This document shows, in pieces, positions 13,215 to 25,559 of a stretch of 64,000 nucleotides of DNA. The position numbers were made by a program, and so were the translations under genes. The notes under the pieces are model-generated. The model saw nothing but the letters and a program-made list of their open reading frames with translations, was not told where the DNA came from and did no database searches. This DNA is from Guillardia theta CCMP2712 (lineage: Eukaryota; Protista; Cryptophyta). Every line of letters starts with the position of its first letter. Within the stretch, counting starts at the first letter, position 1. The DNA lies in contig NW_005434623.1 of assembly GCF_000315625.1 (NCBI RefSeq), forward strand, positions 22,535-86,534, read 5' to 3'.

Positions 13215-16200
13215 GAAGAAAAGGAAGAAGAAGCCGTGATAATGAATATGATCATCATAAGAAAAGAAACATGAAGACGAGGGAGGGAGCAGAAGACGAG
13301 ATGGCGGCGATGACAAGAGGAATAGGGGGAGGAAAAGAAAGGAAGGTAGCGAGATGCATGGAGGAACAGAACAGGAGGCTGACCTATAAGGAGTGATGGT
13401 GAGGTCGAGCATGAGTTGCTGTCTCCTGCCATCTCTGACTTGTCTGCCAGTACAAGAGAAGATCTTGAGGGAGCAGATGGCAGCAGCGTGAATGAAAGAA
13501 TTATTTCTCTGCCAGCAAGCTCGTGAGTGCAGACAGAAAAAACAGTTCAAATCATATCACATCACATCACATCACATCACATCACATCACATCACATCAC
13601 ATCACATCACATCACATCACATCACATCACATCACATCACATCACATCACATCACATCACATCACATCACATCACATCACATCACATCACATCACATCAC
13701 GTCTTTCTCTTTCTTCTCTGCCTCCTACCGTCAGTGACTTCAACATCTCCATCAACTTCCTTCCGGAGACAAACGAGACTCCCAGCACTGTCTCCTCCTT
13801 CACCAGCGTCACACAAACCATCTTGGGTGACTCCAGCAGGAAGATGGTGCAAGGATTCAACCAGAACTGCTCAAATCATGACATTCTCAGCTCATCCTTA
13901 ACCTCTCTCACCAGCTCCAGCTGCCTCCCGTCTCTGCTGTCCCCCGCAAACATGCACGACCCCTCCTGCACACGGTTGACACGATTGCCTCTTCCTCCTC
14001 TCACTCATCCATCCTCCCATTCATTCTTCCTCCTCCTGCTCCCCCTCCCACCCCTTCTCCAGCCCCCCACCACCCCTCCTCCTCCTGCTAAGCTCTCCAG
14101 CTCACCCCGGCCTTGATCTTGCCGCCTGCGATCTCCCGCCTCTTCGTTACTTCTCCTATCAACAAATGTCGACTGTCGGCGCTGGCTAGCAACGAGGAGG
14201 AGGAGGGGAAGGAGGAAGAGAGGAGAGTTTCTTCCTCCAGGACGAGGATTTCTGCTGACACTCCCTTCCTCCATTCCTTCATCTCCTTGTCCTGGTCCCC
14301 TCCCACCGCAATCGACATGGACATGACGGTGACCCCCGGCTGCTCCTTCAAGCTGCGTCTTCCTCACTCACCCGCACATGCTCCCCAACGCCTCACCGTT
14401 CTGTCGGGAGCAGAGGAGCCCGGAGCGTCGGGAGAGTCTTGCCCTGAGCTCGCAGAGGACGACGAGGACGAGGAGGAGGAGGAGGACAGGGCCGAGCACG
14501 AGGAGGAGGATGAGGATCTGGGGGGAGGCGTTTGGGCATCTTGGTGGGCTCTTTCTGGTGGGGCTCTTCCATCAAGGACAGCTGGGAATCCGTAAACGTC
14601 AGCTGGGGATTTGCTGAGGCAGCGGCTTACAAGAGTAGGAGAGTCCCGAGAGAAGGATGGCAGCTCGTAGCTGGTGTCGAGCTGGGAAACAGATTCGTCG
14701 CCATAAAGAGCTTCAGGTCTGTAGGGCCGTTAGCCTCCAGAGCTGCCCATCCCGCCACTCACTCCTCCCGGACTTCAGGTGGAGGCGGTGTGCCAACTTT
14801 CTCAGCTGTTGTAGTGGGGTGATCAGCAAAGAAAAACGTCAAACGCGTCAGTCAAAGATCGGTATGGGGTGACCCCCGGCCTCTCGTTTCTCCCCGAGCG
14901 CTAGTGAATTGAAGATCGCGAGAACTACTCGCTCAGCTACCTTCCTTTCCTCTCCTCCCCTCTCCCCTCTCCCCTCTCCCAGTAATAGAGCGACGTTGCA
15001 GTGGACAAGAGCAAAGAGGAGAGAGAGGAGAGAGTCGAGGAGAGTCGAGAGAGGAGAGAGGAGAAAGGAGAGAGGAGAGAGGAGAGAGGAGAGAGGAGAG
15101 AGGAGAGAGGAGAGAGGAGAAAGGAGAGAGAGGAGAGGGCATAGAGGAGAGCCTATCTTTCCATCCTCTCCACCAATGTCTGATCCCTCTTCACTTCTTC
15201 CTTCTCTTCCTCTCCCTCCTTGTCTTTCTACCCTGTTGCATATTCTCCTCTGTTGAGGTTACCGTCATGAACTTCAGTATCCTCCTTGTCCTGGGACATT
15301 TCAGCATTGCCGCACATTCCTCAGTTCTTTTCACCTTCTCATCCGCATCGGTTGACATTTGATGGGAATTCATATCCTCCTCTCCCTTGCGATCTTTGCA
15401 AGCACTACATCAAAAGGTTGAAAGCAATGTTTCAAACCCGACCTGGTGAAAGAGGAGGAGAAGGGGGAGGAGACATCACCGGAGGAGAAGAAAGAGTATG
15501 AGATGAAGAAGCGGCAGCAGAAGGAGGAGGAGGAGGAGAACGCAGCGGGGGAGGGGGAGGAAGATCTTTGTTGCTGCCCCTCAGCTGCTCTAGAGCTCGT
15601 CGCTTGCGCTCGGCAACCTGGTTGGCACAAATCACTGATCCAGCTGAAAGCCAACAAGCAAGAAACAACCTTTGACTCCTCCTCGCTTGAATAAAGCTTC
15701 ATGCTCACGTTCACTTTCAGGTATTCTTTCAAATTCAGCTGCAGCAGTCAAGACGTCAGATCAGTCCTCGACTCTCCTCCCCCTCCTTCACCTCCATTGC
15801 TCCGTCTTGCTCGTGTGCTCCCGTGGACATTCTTCTCACAGAAGCAACCACCTTTGTTCCTTTCATCTATCCGCCTGAAACTTGAGGTCATACCTCGTTG
15901 TACGGTATCGGCTTCTCCCAGTCTCGGCACTTGTTGTAAATCTCCCGCTCTGTGTTTGCCCTTCACGTAGATCAGCAACGAGCCAAAGGAGGGTCTCAGT
16001 ACTCGATCGCTAGCGCATGCCTCACGAGCATCTCCGCCTCATCCTGCTGCATCCTCAACACCGGATGACACTTTCAGAGCCCTACCTTGTCGAGCCGAGA
16101 GCTTGTCTCTTCCGCCCGCGGTGCTGGTGGTTTGGTAGCGACGTCAACCGACAGGGAGGGAACTTGGATAGAGTCCAAGTCTAGCGGACGAAGAGGAGAA

Positions 16201-16864
16201 TCAGAGCGAGAGCCAAGCAGGTGGCCGCAAACCGTCCTCATCCTCGCTCACGTAACTATCATTGGTCCCCGTCAGAAGGTCGTTAGCTCCCTTGGTGGAG
16301 GATCAGTCAGCAATGATGCCAAGGCACCCTAGGAGACCTTGTGATAGCTTGACATCATGGCTGACATGGATAGAAATCTCTTGGCCACACTGCGCAAGCT
16401 TGAAGACTCATCAAACAACTCACGTGTAGAAGCGCGATGTCACTCTAACCTCAATCCTTTGATATCCATCACCTTCTGGACCAGCCTCCCCCACTTGCTC
16501 ACTGCAGACGAGGCTGTCACTTTAACAGCAACAAGCGCAAGGCAAGCTCACCGTCCTCTCTTCGCTCATTCTGTCTCAGTTTCTCGAGCATCGAGGCATA
16601 CTCCCCCATCTGCTCCTCTTTCAGCCGAGCATCCCGCAAATTCGCCTGCTCAGCTTCTGTTTGGGACAGAGACGAGATTAGTGTAGCCCTCTCAGAGAAA
16701 GAGATGAGATTACCTCTCCTCCTCCTCTCCTCCTCGACTTTCATCTCCGCTTCCATCCTCTCCTTCTCTCTCTTGGCTGCCTGCCGCAACCTCGCTCCTG
16801 CCCGCATGGTTTGAGGAAATCACTCCTGAGGAAAGGTTTGACCGCTGTCAAAGTCTACCCCCAT
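11478..16864 (-). CDS. Uncharacterised multi-exon gene with a coiled-coil N-terminus; introns filled with simple repeats
   Basis: Protein-like exon blocks on the minus strand (MGVDFDSGQTFPQE, LRQAAKREKERMEAEMKVEEE, EAEQANLRDARLKEEQMGEYASMLEKLRQ, FWLNPCTIFLLESPKMVCVTLVKEETVLGVSF) with GT/AG boundaries. It starts just below the GC island at ~16890. Ends are approximate. Confidence 0.45.
13556..13700. repeat. (ATCAC)n pentanucleotide microsatellite, ~29 perfect units
   Basis: Directly visible; it produces the spurious HHITS-repeat ORFs. Confidence 0.98.
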
Positions 16865-17413
16865 TCTTCGGTTGATGTCCCCACTGCCGGCCCCCGGCGG
16901 GCCCCGGTGCCGCTGAGCGTGACTGAGTGAGACCGCCGTACTGATTTTTAACTTAACTTTGAGTAAAGGTGGCGCAGTGCCCGCACAGTGAGACGAGGCT
17001 GGAGACAAAAACCAGTGAGAGAGACTCGAGAGATCAGCACTGAGTTAACCGCCGCACTTACCGCACTGCGAGACGAGACTCACACGGAGAGAAGCAAAAC
17101 CAAACAAGAAGTAGCCGATCTATGACCGTATTGATCCATCTGATAAATCACATGGCGGCAGAAGAGGAGGTGAAGTTTCACACGGTTGACGAGGCTGACG
17201 ATGATTGAGAATTACACCGAATCCAAGCTATCAAAAGTTCATTATACAAACTAAATCTACGACAATGCAAATCCAGAAATCACTGTAAGTGCAACGAGCG
17301 CACCAAATCAAAAATCCTGATGAACATTGCAGCGAAAAATTTATCCGTGAGATCCTCGCAGTGATCCAATGACTGCAAATACCAGAAGCTTCCCAGCTCC
17401 TTGGTCCTCCCCT

Positions 17414-19455
17414 TCACCGCTTCCCCTTGTGGAACACCTGCAGGATCGTCCCGAAGATCAGCTGCAGACCAATCGCATACCCCAGCACGATCAGTAGGTC
17501 CTTCCACACAGGCTTATCCTCCATGTTGTAGAACTTCAGCACCGCCTTCCCGTCCGCAAACTGCGGGCTGTTGACAAAGTAGTCGATGTTCTCAAACTCG
17601 TTCACCATGAACGCCCTGAACACGTACGTGTGGAACGCGATGTAGTACCCCCAGATGAAGTAGTCCGGGATGTCGTCCTTGATCTTCATGAAGCCCTCGC
17701 ACAACATGAAGAAGCCGTACACCGCTGCCCCCAGCGCGATCCCGATGATGTAGTGAGGCACCACCGACGCCACCACGCACATGAACGCCTCCGCTGCCAT
17801 CAGCGCAAGGAAGAGGTCGAGAAGGAAGATGCCAAAGCCCGTGAGCCCCGACGGCAGCACCACCAGGATCGTACTCAGCAGGGCGATCATGAACAGCCCG
17901 GGCAATGACATGAAGAACGTCGCCAGCACATAGGCCGGCACCACATACCAGCCGTTGGCTCGCTCGCGTAGGAACACAGCTCGCTCCACGATGAAGAAGG
18001 GCAGCACCGCCACCGACATGAAGGTGAGGAACGCAGCAACAAAGAAGAGCATGGTGATGCGACTGTTGATGTCCGACGGCCCCAGCTGGAGGTTCCAAAA
18101 CATGAAGCCGATGATCGCGCACAGCATGGCGTACATGATGAGGCGGACGAGGAAGATACCCGGGTTACGCGCGTTGTTGAAGAAGGCTCGGTGCGACAGA
18201 ATCATCAGCTGCACCAGGAACCCGTTGGTCTTCTTGTGTGGATGGATCTCGTGCTGGATGGGAGCGGCAACTCCCGCCGCGAGCGCCATGCCCTCGGGCT
18301 GGGTCTTGAAGCCTTTCGAGAGCGCCTCGATGTCCGCGTGACCCTCGAAGTCCGTGTTGGCCAGCCTCAGGAAGAAGTCTGCCGGGTTCGACTGGCTCGG
18401 GCAGGGATACCCCATGCGCGCAAAGTAGTCCACCGTCGTGCTCGCCGTCCCGAAGTAGAGGCACTTGCCCCTAGACAGCAGGAGGAACTTGTCGAAGTTG
18501 GCCCACACCTCTGACGGAGGCTGGTGGATAGTGCACACCACCGTCGTCCCCATCTTGGCCAGGTGCGACAAGTGCTGCATGATGTTCTCTGCCGCAGCCG
18601 AGTCGAGGCCTGACGTCGGCTCGTCCAGCAGGAGGATGGAGGGGTTCCGCACCAGCTCCACCGCAATCGACAGGCGGCGGAGCTGCCCTCCGCTCAGCCC
18701 CTTGCGGAACACGTCTCCTACGATGGTGTTGTTGCACGAGTCCAGCCCCAGCACGTGCGTCACGTTCTCCGCCCGCATCCTCCGCTCCTCCCTTGTGCTC
18801 TCCGAGTGGGGGATGAGCAGGTCCGCCGCGTATGCCATCGTCTCCTTGACCGTGAAGGGCGTCTGCAGCGCGTACTCCTGCTGCACGTACGACGCCACCA
18901 AGCTGAACGTCTCGTCGCGCACCTTGCCATTGACCAGCACGTCGCCGGAGAACTTCCTGCCCTTGCGGTTGGGGTCGATCCTCCCGGCGATGGCGTCGAG
19001 CAGGGTGGTCTTGCCGCCTCCCGAGGGCCCGCAGATGGCGAGCATCTCCCCGGGCCGGACGACGCCAGAGAGGCCGTCGAGGATGCGCTTGTCGATGACC
19101 TCGGTCTTGCCGGTCTCGGGGTTCTTGCGCTTGAGCTTGACGTCGTAGGTGATATCTCTCCATGAGAGGGTGACGGGGTTGATCTGGAGAGTGCTGTATG
19201 CGAACGTGTCGGCAGTCGATTTGCCTTTCAACCTGCTGCAGTGTTAGAAGATGAGCTCGAGCAATCACGCAAGGCTTACAGCTCATGTTTGTGTTCCGCG
19301 GTGGGAGGAGGAGGTGCAGTATTCGGGACTTGCTGCATGGGTGAGAAGGCAGGGACGCTAGGAGACTCTGGGCTGATGGGGATGGTGTAGGAGGCGCCAT
19401 CGGAAAAGCCGATACCTCCTTGTAGATGAGCGGCTTGCATGTCAGGCCGCTGCAT
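17414..19455 (-). CDS. ABCG (White-family) half transporter, copy 1; 2 exons (19455-19280, 19232-17414)
   Basis: NBD precedes TMD. Walker A GPSGGGKTT, signature LSGGQ, Walker B LLLDEPTSGLD, H-loop TIHQP, NPADF and six hydrophobic helices are present. There is a 47-nt intron after a short first exon. Confidence 0.95.
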
Positions 19456-20835
19456 GTTCGTTAAGCCACGTTTCGCTTGCTCGCTTGTTGTTCGAAGGGT
19501 TTGCAGTTCCTTTTATGCTGCTTGACCCCTTTCTTTCACCCTACCCCCTTCTCTACCATGGTAACCTCAAGTTTGACCCCGAAAATGAGGGTAGGGGTGG
19601 CTGTGGTCTGTTGTAGGACAAATCACTCCTACCCTATATTTTCCCAATCATAGTACCCACCTTTTCCTGCCCTCTCAGGTATTGCAGGGGTTGGGTCGCA
19701 GAATCAAAGGTTTGGATTATTTCCTACAAGACGGTGGTAGCAGATGTCCTAGGAAAGTCAAATAGCTCATAGCCACAGGGATCACTTGCTTTGGCTTCAT
19801 AGGTGGTCATACCTGCGATACCACCTCGAGTCTTAGCAAATTTGAATTTCTGCTGACAAAGCAGTACTACTGGGGCGCTGACAAGGTACTGCAGAACTCT
19901 ATCAGGACCGGTACTGTCAAGCGTGATGCTAGTAGGGGTGGTTGTGTACTGCAGCCCCCGCGGCGATTCACAGAGAATAACACATGAGCATGGGAGAAAT
20001 CACAGAGAGTGACACGAGGCAGGTACAAATCAATGACTGCGGCAGTCACGCACTCTCACCCGCCATCACAGATGGTCAGCCGCTGCCACTGAGATCCTCG
20101 TCGGTACTGCTGGGCTGACCCAAGCAATCAGTACTGGCATTGTTAGTTGTTGACTGAACTTTACTATCTCAGCGTCAATCCATCAAGCCTTTTAAAGTTC
20201 AAGATCAATCGAGTGACGGCGTGACCGTACTACGGTACGGGGTCACCGGGTGCCCGCCGCCGCAGACTCGAGCAAGTGACTCCCTCACAACTTGGCAAAT
20301 ACGGTCCATCCTGGCAGTTTCGGAGGAGGCTTGCCAAGTTGACCGGGCTGGCCGGGCCCGGCCGGGGGCCTGATAGCCATCACTGACTGTCAGTGTCCTT
20401 CACTCGGAAAGTTCAAGTGACTGAGCACGGGCTGGTGAGTCCGCCGACGGCTGTAATCATCCGAGACTCGGGCGGCAGTGACGGTGAGACTGCCACGGGC
20501 CGGGGCGGGGCCCAGTCCGATCAATTGAAACTGTGACTGAACTTCCGACTCTTGAAGGAAATCAGCTGCCAAGTTTTACTCAACGTTTGAACTAAAACTT
20601 CTAGTTAGTACTTGTCCCCACATGGTTGTTCTTTACTATTGTTATGAAACAGTATTTACTACCGTACCTCGGGGACGCCGAATGGAACACTGGCACCCCT
20701 GCGGTCTTGCGCCTCAGTAAATCTATCAGGGTGATAGCCAGAGGTGTAACGTCATCATACCTTAGGGTCATAGGGCTGACCTAGGACCAAGAAACGTAGC
20801 GGAACTAACTGAAACCACCTCGACTACCCCACCCC

Positions 20836-23051
20836 ATGACTGTCAGCAGCCATCATCAACCTGTGGAGGTAGTCAAAGGGAAAGGGTCAAAAGCTCGAAA
20901 TATCAATTCAGGGAGCAGCTTTGAGACAGCAGCTTCATTTCCCATGCAGCGGCCTGACATGCAAGCCGCTCATCTACAAGGAGGTATCGGCTTTTCCGAT
21001 GGCGCCTCCTACACCATCCCCATCAGCCCAGAGTCTCCTAGCGTCCCTGCCTTCTCACCCATGCAGCAAGTCCCGAATACTGCACCTCCTCCTCCCACCG
21101 CGGAACACAAACATGAGCTGTAAGCCTTGCGTGATTGCTCGAGCTCATCTTCTAACACTGCAGCAGGTTGAAAGGCAAATCGACTGCCGACACGTTCGCA
21201 TACAGCACTCTCCAGATCAACCCCGTCACCCTCTCATGGAGAGATATCACCTACGACGTCAAGCTCAAGCGCAAGAACCCCGAGACCGGCAAGACCGAGG
21301 TCATCGACAAGCGCATCCTCGACGGCCTCTCTGGCGTCNNNNNNNNNNNNNNNNNNNNNNNNNNNNNNNNNNNNNNNNNNNNNNNNNNNNNNNNNNNNNN
21401 NNNNNNNNNNNNNNNNNNNNNNNNNNNNNNNNNNNNNNCCCTCGGGAGGCGGCAAGACCACCTGCTCGACGCCATCGCCGGGAGGATCGACCCCAACCGC
21501 AAGGGCAGGAAGTTCTCGGGCGACGTGCTGGTCAATGGCAAGGTGCGCGACGAGACGTTCAGCTTGGTGGCGTCGTACGTGCAGCAGGAGTACGCGCTGC
21601 AGACGCCCTTCACGGTCAAGGAGACGATGGCATACGCGGCGGACCTGCTCATCCCCCACTCGGAGAGCACAAGGGAGGAGCGGAGGATGCGGGCGGAGAA
21701 CGTGACGCACGTGCTGGGGCTGGACTCGTGCAACAACACCATCGTAGGAGACGTGTTCCGCAAGGGGCTGAGCGGAGGGCAGCTCCGCCGCCTGTCGATC
21801 GCGGTGGAGCTGGTGCGGAACCCCTCCATCCTTCTGCTGGACGAGCCGACGTCAGGCCTCGACTCGGCTGCGGCAGAGAACATCATGCAGCACTTGTCGC
21901 ACCTGGCCAAGATGGGGACGACGGTGGTGTGCACTATCCACCAGCCTCCGTCAGAGGTGTGGGCCAACTTCGACAAGTTCCTCCTGCTGTCTAGGGGCAA
22001 GTGCCTCTACTTCGGGACGGCGAGCACGACGGTGGACTACTTTGCGCGCATGGGGTATCCCTGCCCGAGCCAGTCGAACCCGGCAGACTTCTTCCTGAGG
22101 CTGGCCAACACGGACTTCGAGGGTCACGCGGACATCGAGGCGCTCTCGAAAGGCTTCAAGACCCAGCCCGAGGGCATGGCGCTCGCGGCGGGAGTTGCCG
22201 CTCCCATCCAGCACGAGATCCATCCGCACAAGAAGACCAACGGGTTCCTGGTGCAGCTGATGATTCTGTCGCACCGAGCCTTCTTCAACAACGCGCGTAA
22301 CCCGGGTATCTTCCTCGTCCGCCTCATCATGTACGCCATGCTGTGCGCGATCATCGGCTTCATGTTTTGGAACCTCCAGCTGGGGCCGTCGGACATCAAC
22401 AGTCGCATCACCATGCTCTTCTTTGTTGCTGCGTTCCTCACCTTCATGTCGGTGGCGGTGCTGCCCTTCTTCATCGTGGAGCGAGCTGTGTTCCTACGCG
22501 AGCGAGCCAACGGCTGGTATGTGGTGCCGGCCTATGTGCTGGCGACGTTCTTCATGTCATTGCCCGGGCTGTTCATGATCGCCCTGCTGAGTACGATCCT
22601 GGTGGTGCTGCCGTCGGGGCTCACGGGCTTTGGCATCTTCCTTCTCGACCTCTTCCTTGCGCTGATGGCAGCTGAGGCGTTCATGTGCGTGGTGGCGTCG
22701 GTGGTGCCTCACTACATCATCGGGATCGCGCTGGGGGCAGCGGTGTACGGCTTCTTCATGTTGTGCGAGGGCTTCATGAAGATCAAGGACGACATCCCGG
22801 ACTACTTCATCTGGGGGTACTACATCGCGTTCCACACGTACGTGTTCAGGGCGTTCATGGTGAACGAGTTTGAGAACATCGACTACTTTGTCAACAGCCC
22901 GCAGTTTGCGGACGGGAAGGCGGTGCTGAAGTTCTACAACATGGAGGACAAGCCGGTGTGGAAGGACCTACTGATCGTGCTGGGGTATGCGATTGGTCTG
23001 CAGCTGATCTTCGGGACGATCCTGCAGGTGTTCCACAAGGGGAAGCGGTGA
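20836..23051 (+). CDS. ABCG half transporter, copy 2; inverted near-identical duplicate of copy 1 (exons 20836-21119, 21167-23051)
   Basis: The protein matches copy 1 outside the N gap at 21339-21438. One C is missing just after the gap (ACCACCTG vs ACCACCCTG), most likely a contig-end error. Confidence 0.9.
21339..21438. other. Assembly gap (100 N) inside ABCG copy 2
   Basis: N run; comparison with copy 1 suggests only ~35 nt are truly missing. Confidence 0.99.
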
Positions 23052-23257
23052 AGGGGAGGACCAAGGAGCTGGGTGGCTGCTGCAGTCACGCGGCCAGTGT
23101 TTGCAATTACTACTTTTACAGACCAAGCATCTACTATAGTGTAGTGGTATGTAGACGCTTGCTTTTTGAACTATTAGTTGAGACGGTCACGGCACTGTAT
23201 CAATAAAACTTGAATCGCAGGCTTCCGAATAGACTCACTAACGCTCCTCTTCAAGTC

Positions 23258-23690
23258 ACTCAAAGTTATAAGGCCGCGCTGTCACTCGGAGCCTCAGTGA
23301 GACGGTCGGCAGGACTCCCTGGATGCTGGCCAGCGGGCCCCCGGGCGGGCCCGGGCCCGGGGCAGATCTCAGGTCCCGGCGTTCAACTTGAAACGTGACC
23401 GGGGCTTGTTGCCGCAGTGTCCGGCTCTCAGGGGCAGCGACTAATCGCCCGGGGGCCCCCGGGCCGCCCGGGCCCCGCCGCCGGGCGGGCGGTCGGTCGG
23501 ATGCCGGCTCACGGTGGCCCGGAGACTCTGCATTGGGCCGGCCGGGCCCCTGGTTGGCGGCGCGGGAGGGCCGGCGCCGGCGGAGCCTCCGGTCGGACAC
23601 TGGCACTGACTCGGAGGCTGCGGCGGTGCCAGGGCGGCGGGCCCGGGGCCCAGTGATTGGGTTCAAGCCTAAGTTATAGCCGCCGCTCAT
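23258..23690. promoter_or_regulatory. GC-rich island upstream of the fucosyltransferase, with a partial ACTCAAAGTTA motif at its edge
   Basis: Same composition and gene-5' position as the other islands. Confidence 0.5.
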
Positions 23691-24118
23691 AAAGTTCCAT
23701 AAATCTCCAAGGAATACATTTGCCACTACCCCTCTGTTTTCGATATAATTCACGGGTGCGTGAGCCCTGAAAATATATTACAACCAATAAATTAATGTGT
23801 GATGCGAAGCCAACAGCAGAGCCTCAGCTTGCTTGCTGTTCCCTTCCCGCTGCTCCTCTCGTCTGCTAGGCTGCTCTTGCTTCCCCCCTCCCCCCCGTCC
23901 CCCGACTCAGCTCGCCTTCTCCTCTCCTCTCCTCTCCTCTCCTCTCCTCTCTTCCATCCAGGCATTTTCCCTCAGTTTCTTTCTCCTGAAATTTAGCATC
24001 AACACTATCGTTTCTTGCCTCGTTTCCGCAATTGGGCCACCACTTTATCTCCGGGCAACAGCGCAGGCAGCAGCGACTAGCAGGAGACTGGAGGGTAGCT
24101 GAGGACAAGTGAGGTGAG

Positions 24119-25529
24119 ATGAGGAGCTCAATCGTCTACTTCTGCGTCTTCTTCGCCTGCTTCTGGATCACCTTGATCGCTCGCATGGGTCACTCTACGG
24201 TGAAGATCTACGGGGGCTTCAGGCAGCAGTTCGAAGCGATCTCCGACATTTCTAAGAGCTCACAATCTCTTTCCCCTCAAGGCCTTTCGGTCCGGCAGGG
24301 CTCGACATCGGAGGAGGCGCCGAGGCTCACAGCCAACGTTGCATCTCCCAGCCCCCCCGTTGAACGGCAGGTGGACGGGGGGGCTCCTTCAGCTCCGGGA
24401 GGCGTCGGAGGCGCTCGGGCGGCAGGAGACGTGAAGACCAACATCATGTTCGTGGACAAGGAGGTGATGGACAGGTTCTGGGGAGGAGGACACTCGGAGC
24501 GGATGACAGCAGCGGCCAACGGGGAGTGCGGGGACGTTTGCAAGTTCAGCTACAGCAGGGAGGGCTCGGAGTACTTTGACGTGCTGGTGCTGGTGGCGGG
24601 TCACTCAGGGCGGGAGGCGACCTTCAGACACAAGATGGAGAGCATCGAGCAGGCGCAGAAGCGCAAGACCCTCAAGGCCGTCGTGCTGACTGAGGCAGAC
24701 GACGATTTGTTCCGTGTACGGAACTATATGCGACATTACGATGTGAGAATTTCCTATTCCTTCGACGCGGACATCAAGACGTTTCAGAGCTGCGGGACGG
24801 TCAACGAGATGGTGGAGCGACGGGTCTCAGGGAGAGCCTTTCTCAACCAGACCTTCCTCAGACCCGGCAGCATCGTCGGTATGATCAGCAACTGCGGGTC
24901 CAGCTACCGCCAACAGTACATAGCGGAGCTGATGAAGCATATCAAGATCGATCAGTACGGCACTTGTTTCAACAACAAGCAGCTTGAAAGCCACCAGAGG
25001 TGAGTTCCTTCTATTTCCGGATCTCTCCTCCTCCTCGCCTACACCACCACCTCCTCTTCCATCTCGCTCTCGCACCTGATTGTTCTCTACTTTTTTTTTT
25101 TACCTTGTTCGCAGGCGGGGGTCGAGTCAGTGGCACACGGAGAAGGAGAAGGTTCTATCGCAGTACAAAGTCTCTCTCGCCATGGAGAACACCATCAAGT
25201 CGGACTACGTCACCGAGAAGGTCTACAACGCCCTGGCCGTTGGCTCCCTCCCCGTCTACCATGGCACCCAGGACGTGATCAAGTATGTGCCTTCAAACTC
25301 CATCATTCACGCGGGAAACTTCACTCCAGTGAAGCTTGCAGAGCATCTGAGTAAGGTGTTGGAGGATCAGACGCTCTTCGAGTCGTACTTCCAGTGGACC
25401 GAAGAAGACGTTCGGATGCTGCAGCGCAAGCTGCACTGTAACAGGTCGTGGTACTGTAGGGTGTGCGACCTGGCGCGGGAGAGGCTCAAGCCCAACGGGC
25501 GAAGGAGATTTGAGGAGGAAGTGAAATAA
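24119..25529 (+). CDS. Alpha-1,3-fucosyltransferase, GT10 family, type II membrane protein; intron 25000-25114
   Basis: N-terminal TM anchor, MISNC...RQQYIAELMKHIKIDQYGTC, and the GT10 motif YKVSLAMENTIKSDYVTEKVYNALAVGSLPVYHG. Splicing restores the frame. Confidence 0.92.
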
Positions 25530-25559
25530 AAGAGCAAACAAGGAGAAGAGAAACGCAGA

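Noticed and set aside
13492-14116. ORFs with HHITS repeats
   Set aside because: Translation of an intronic (ATCAC)n microsatellite.
17592-19400. Long alternative-frame and antisense ORFs over the ABCG and PLP genes
   Set aside because: Shadow ORFs caused by high GC3 codon bias; they recur only because the host genes are duplicated.
21455-21465. Apparent loss of Walker A in ABCG copy 2
   Set aside because: A single missing C within ~25 nt of a contig end; more likely a sequencing error than a true frameshift.
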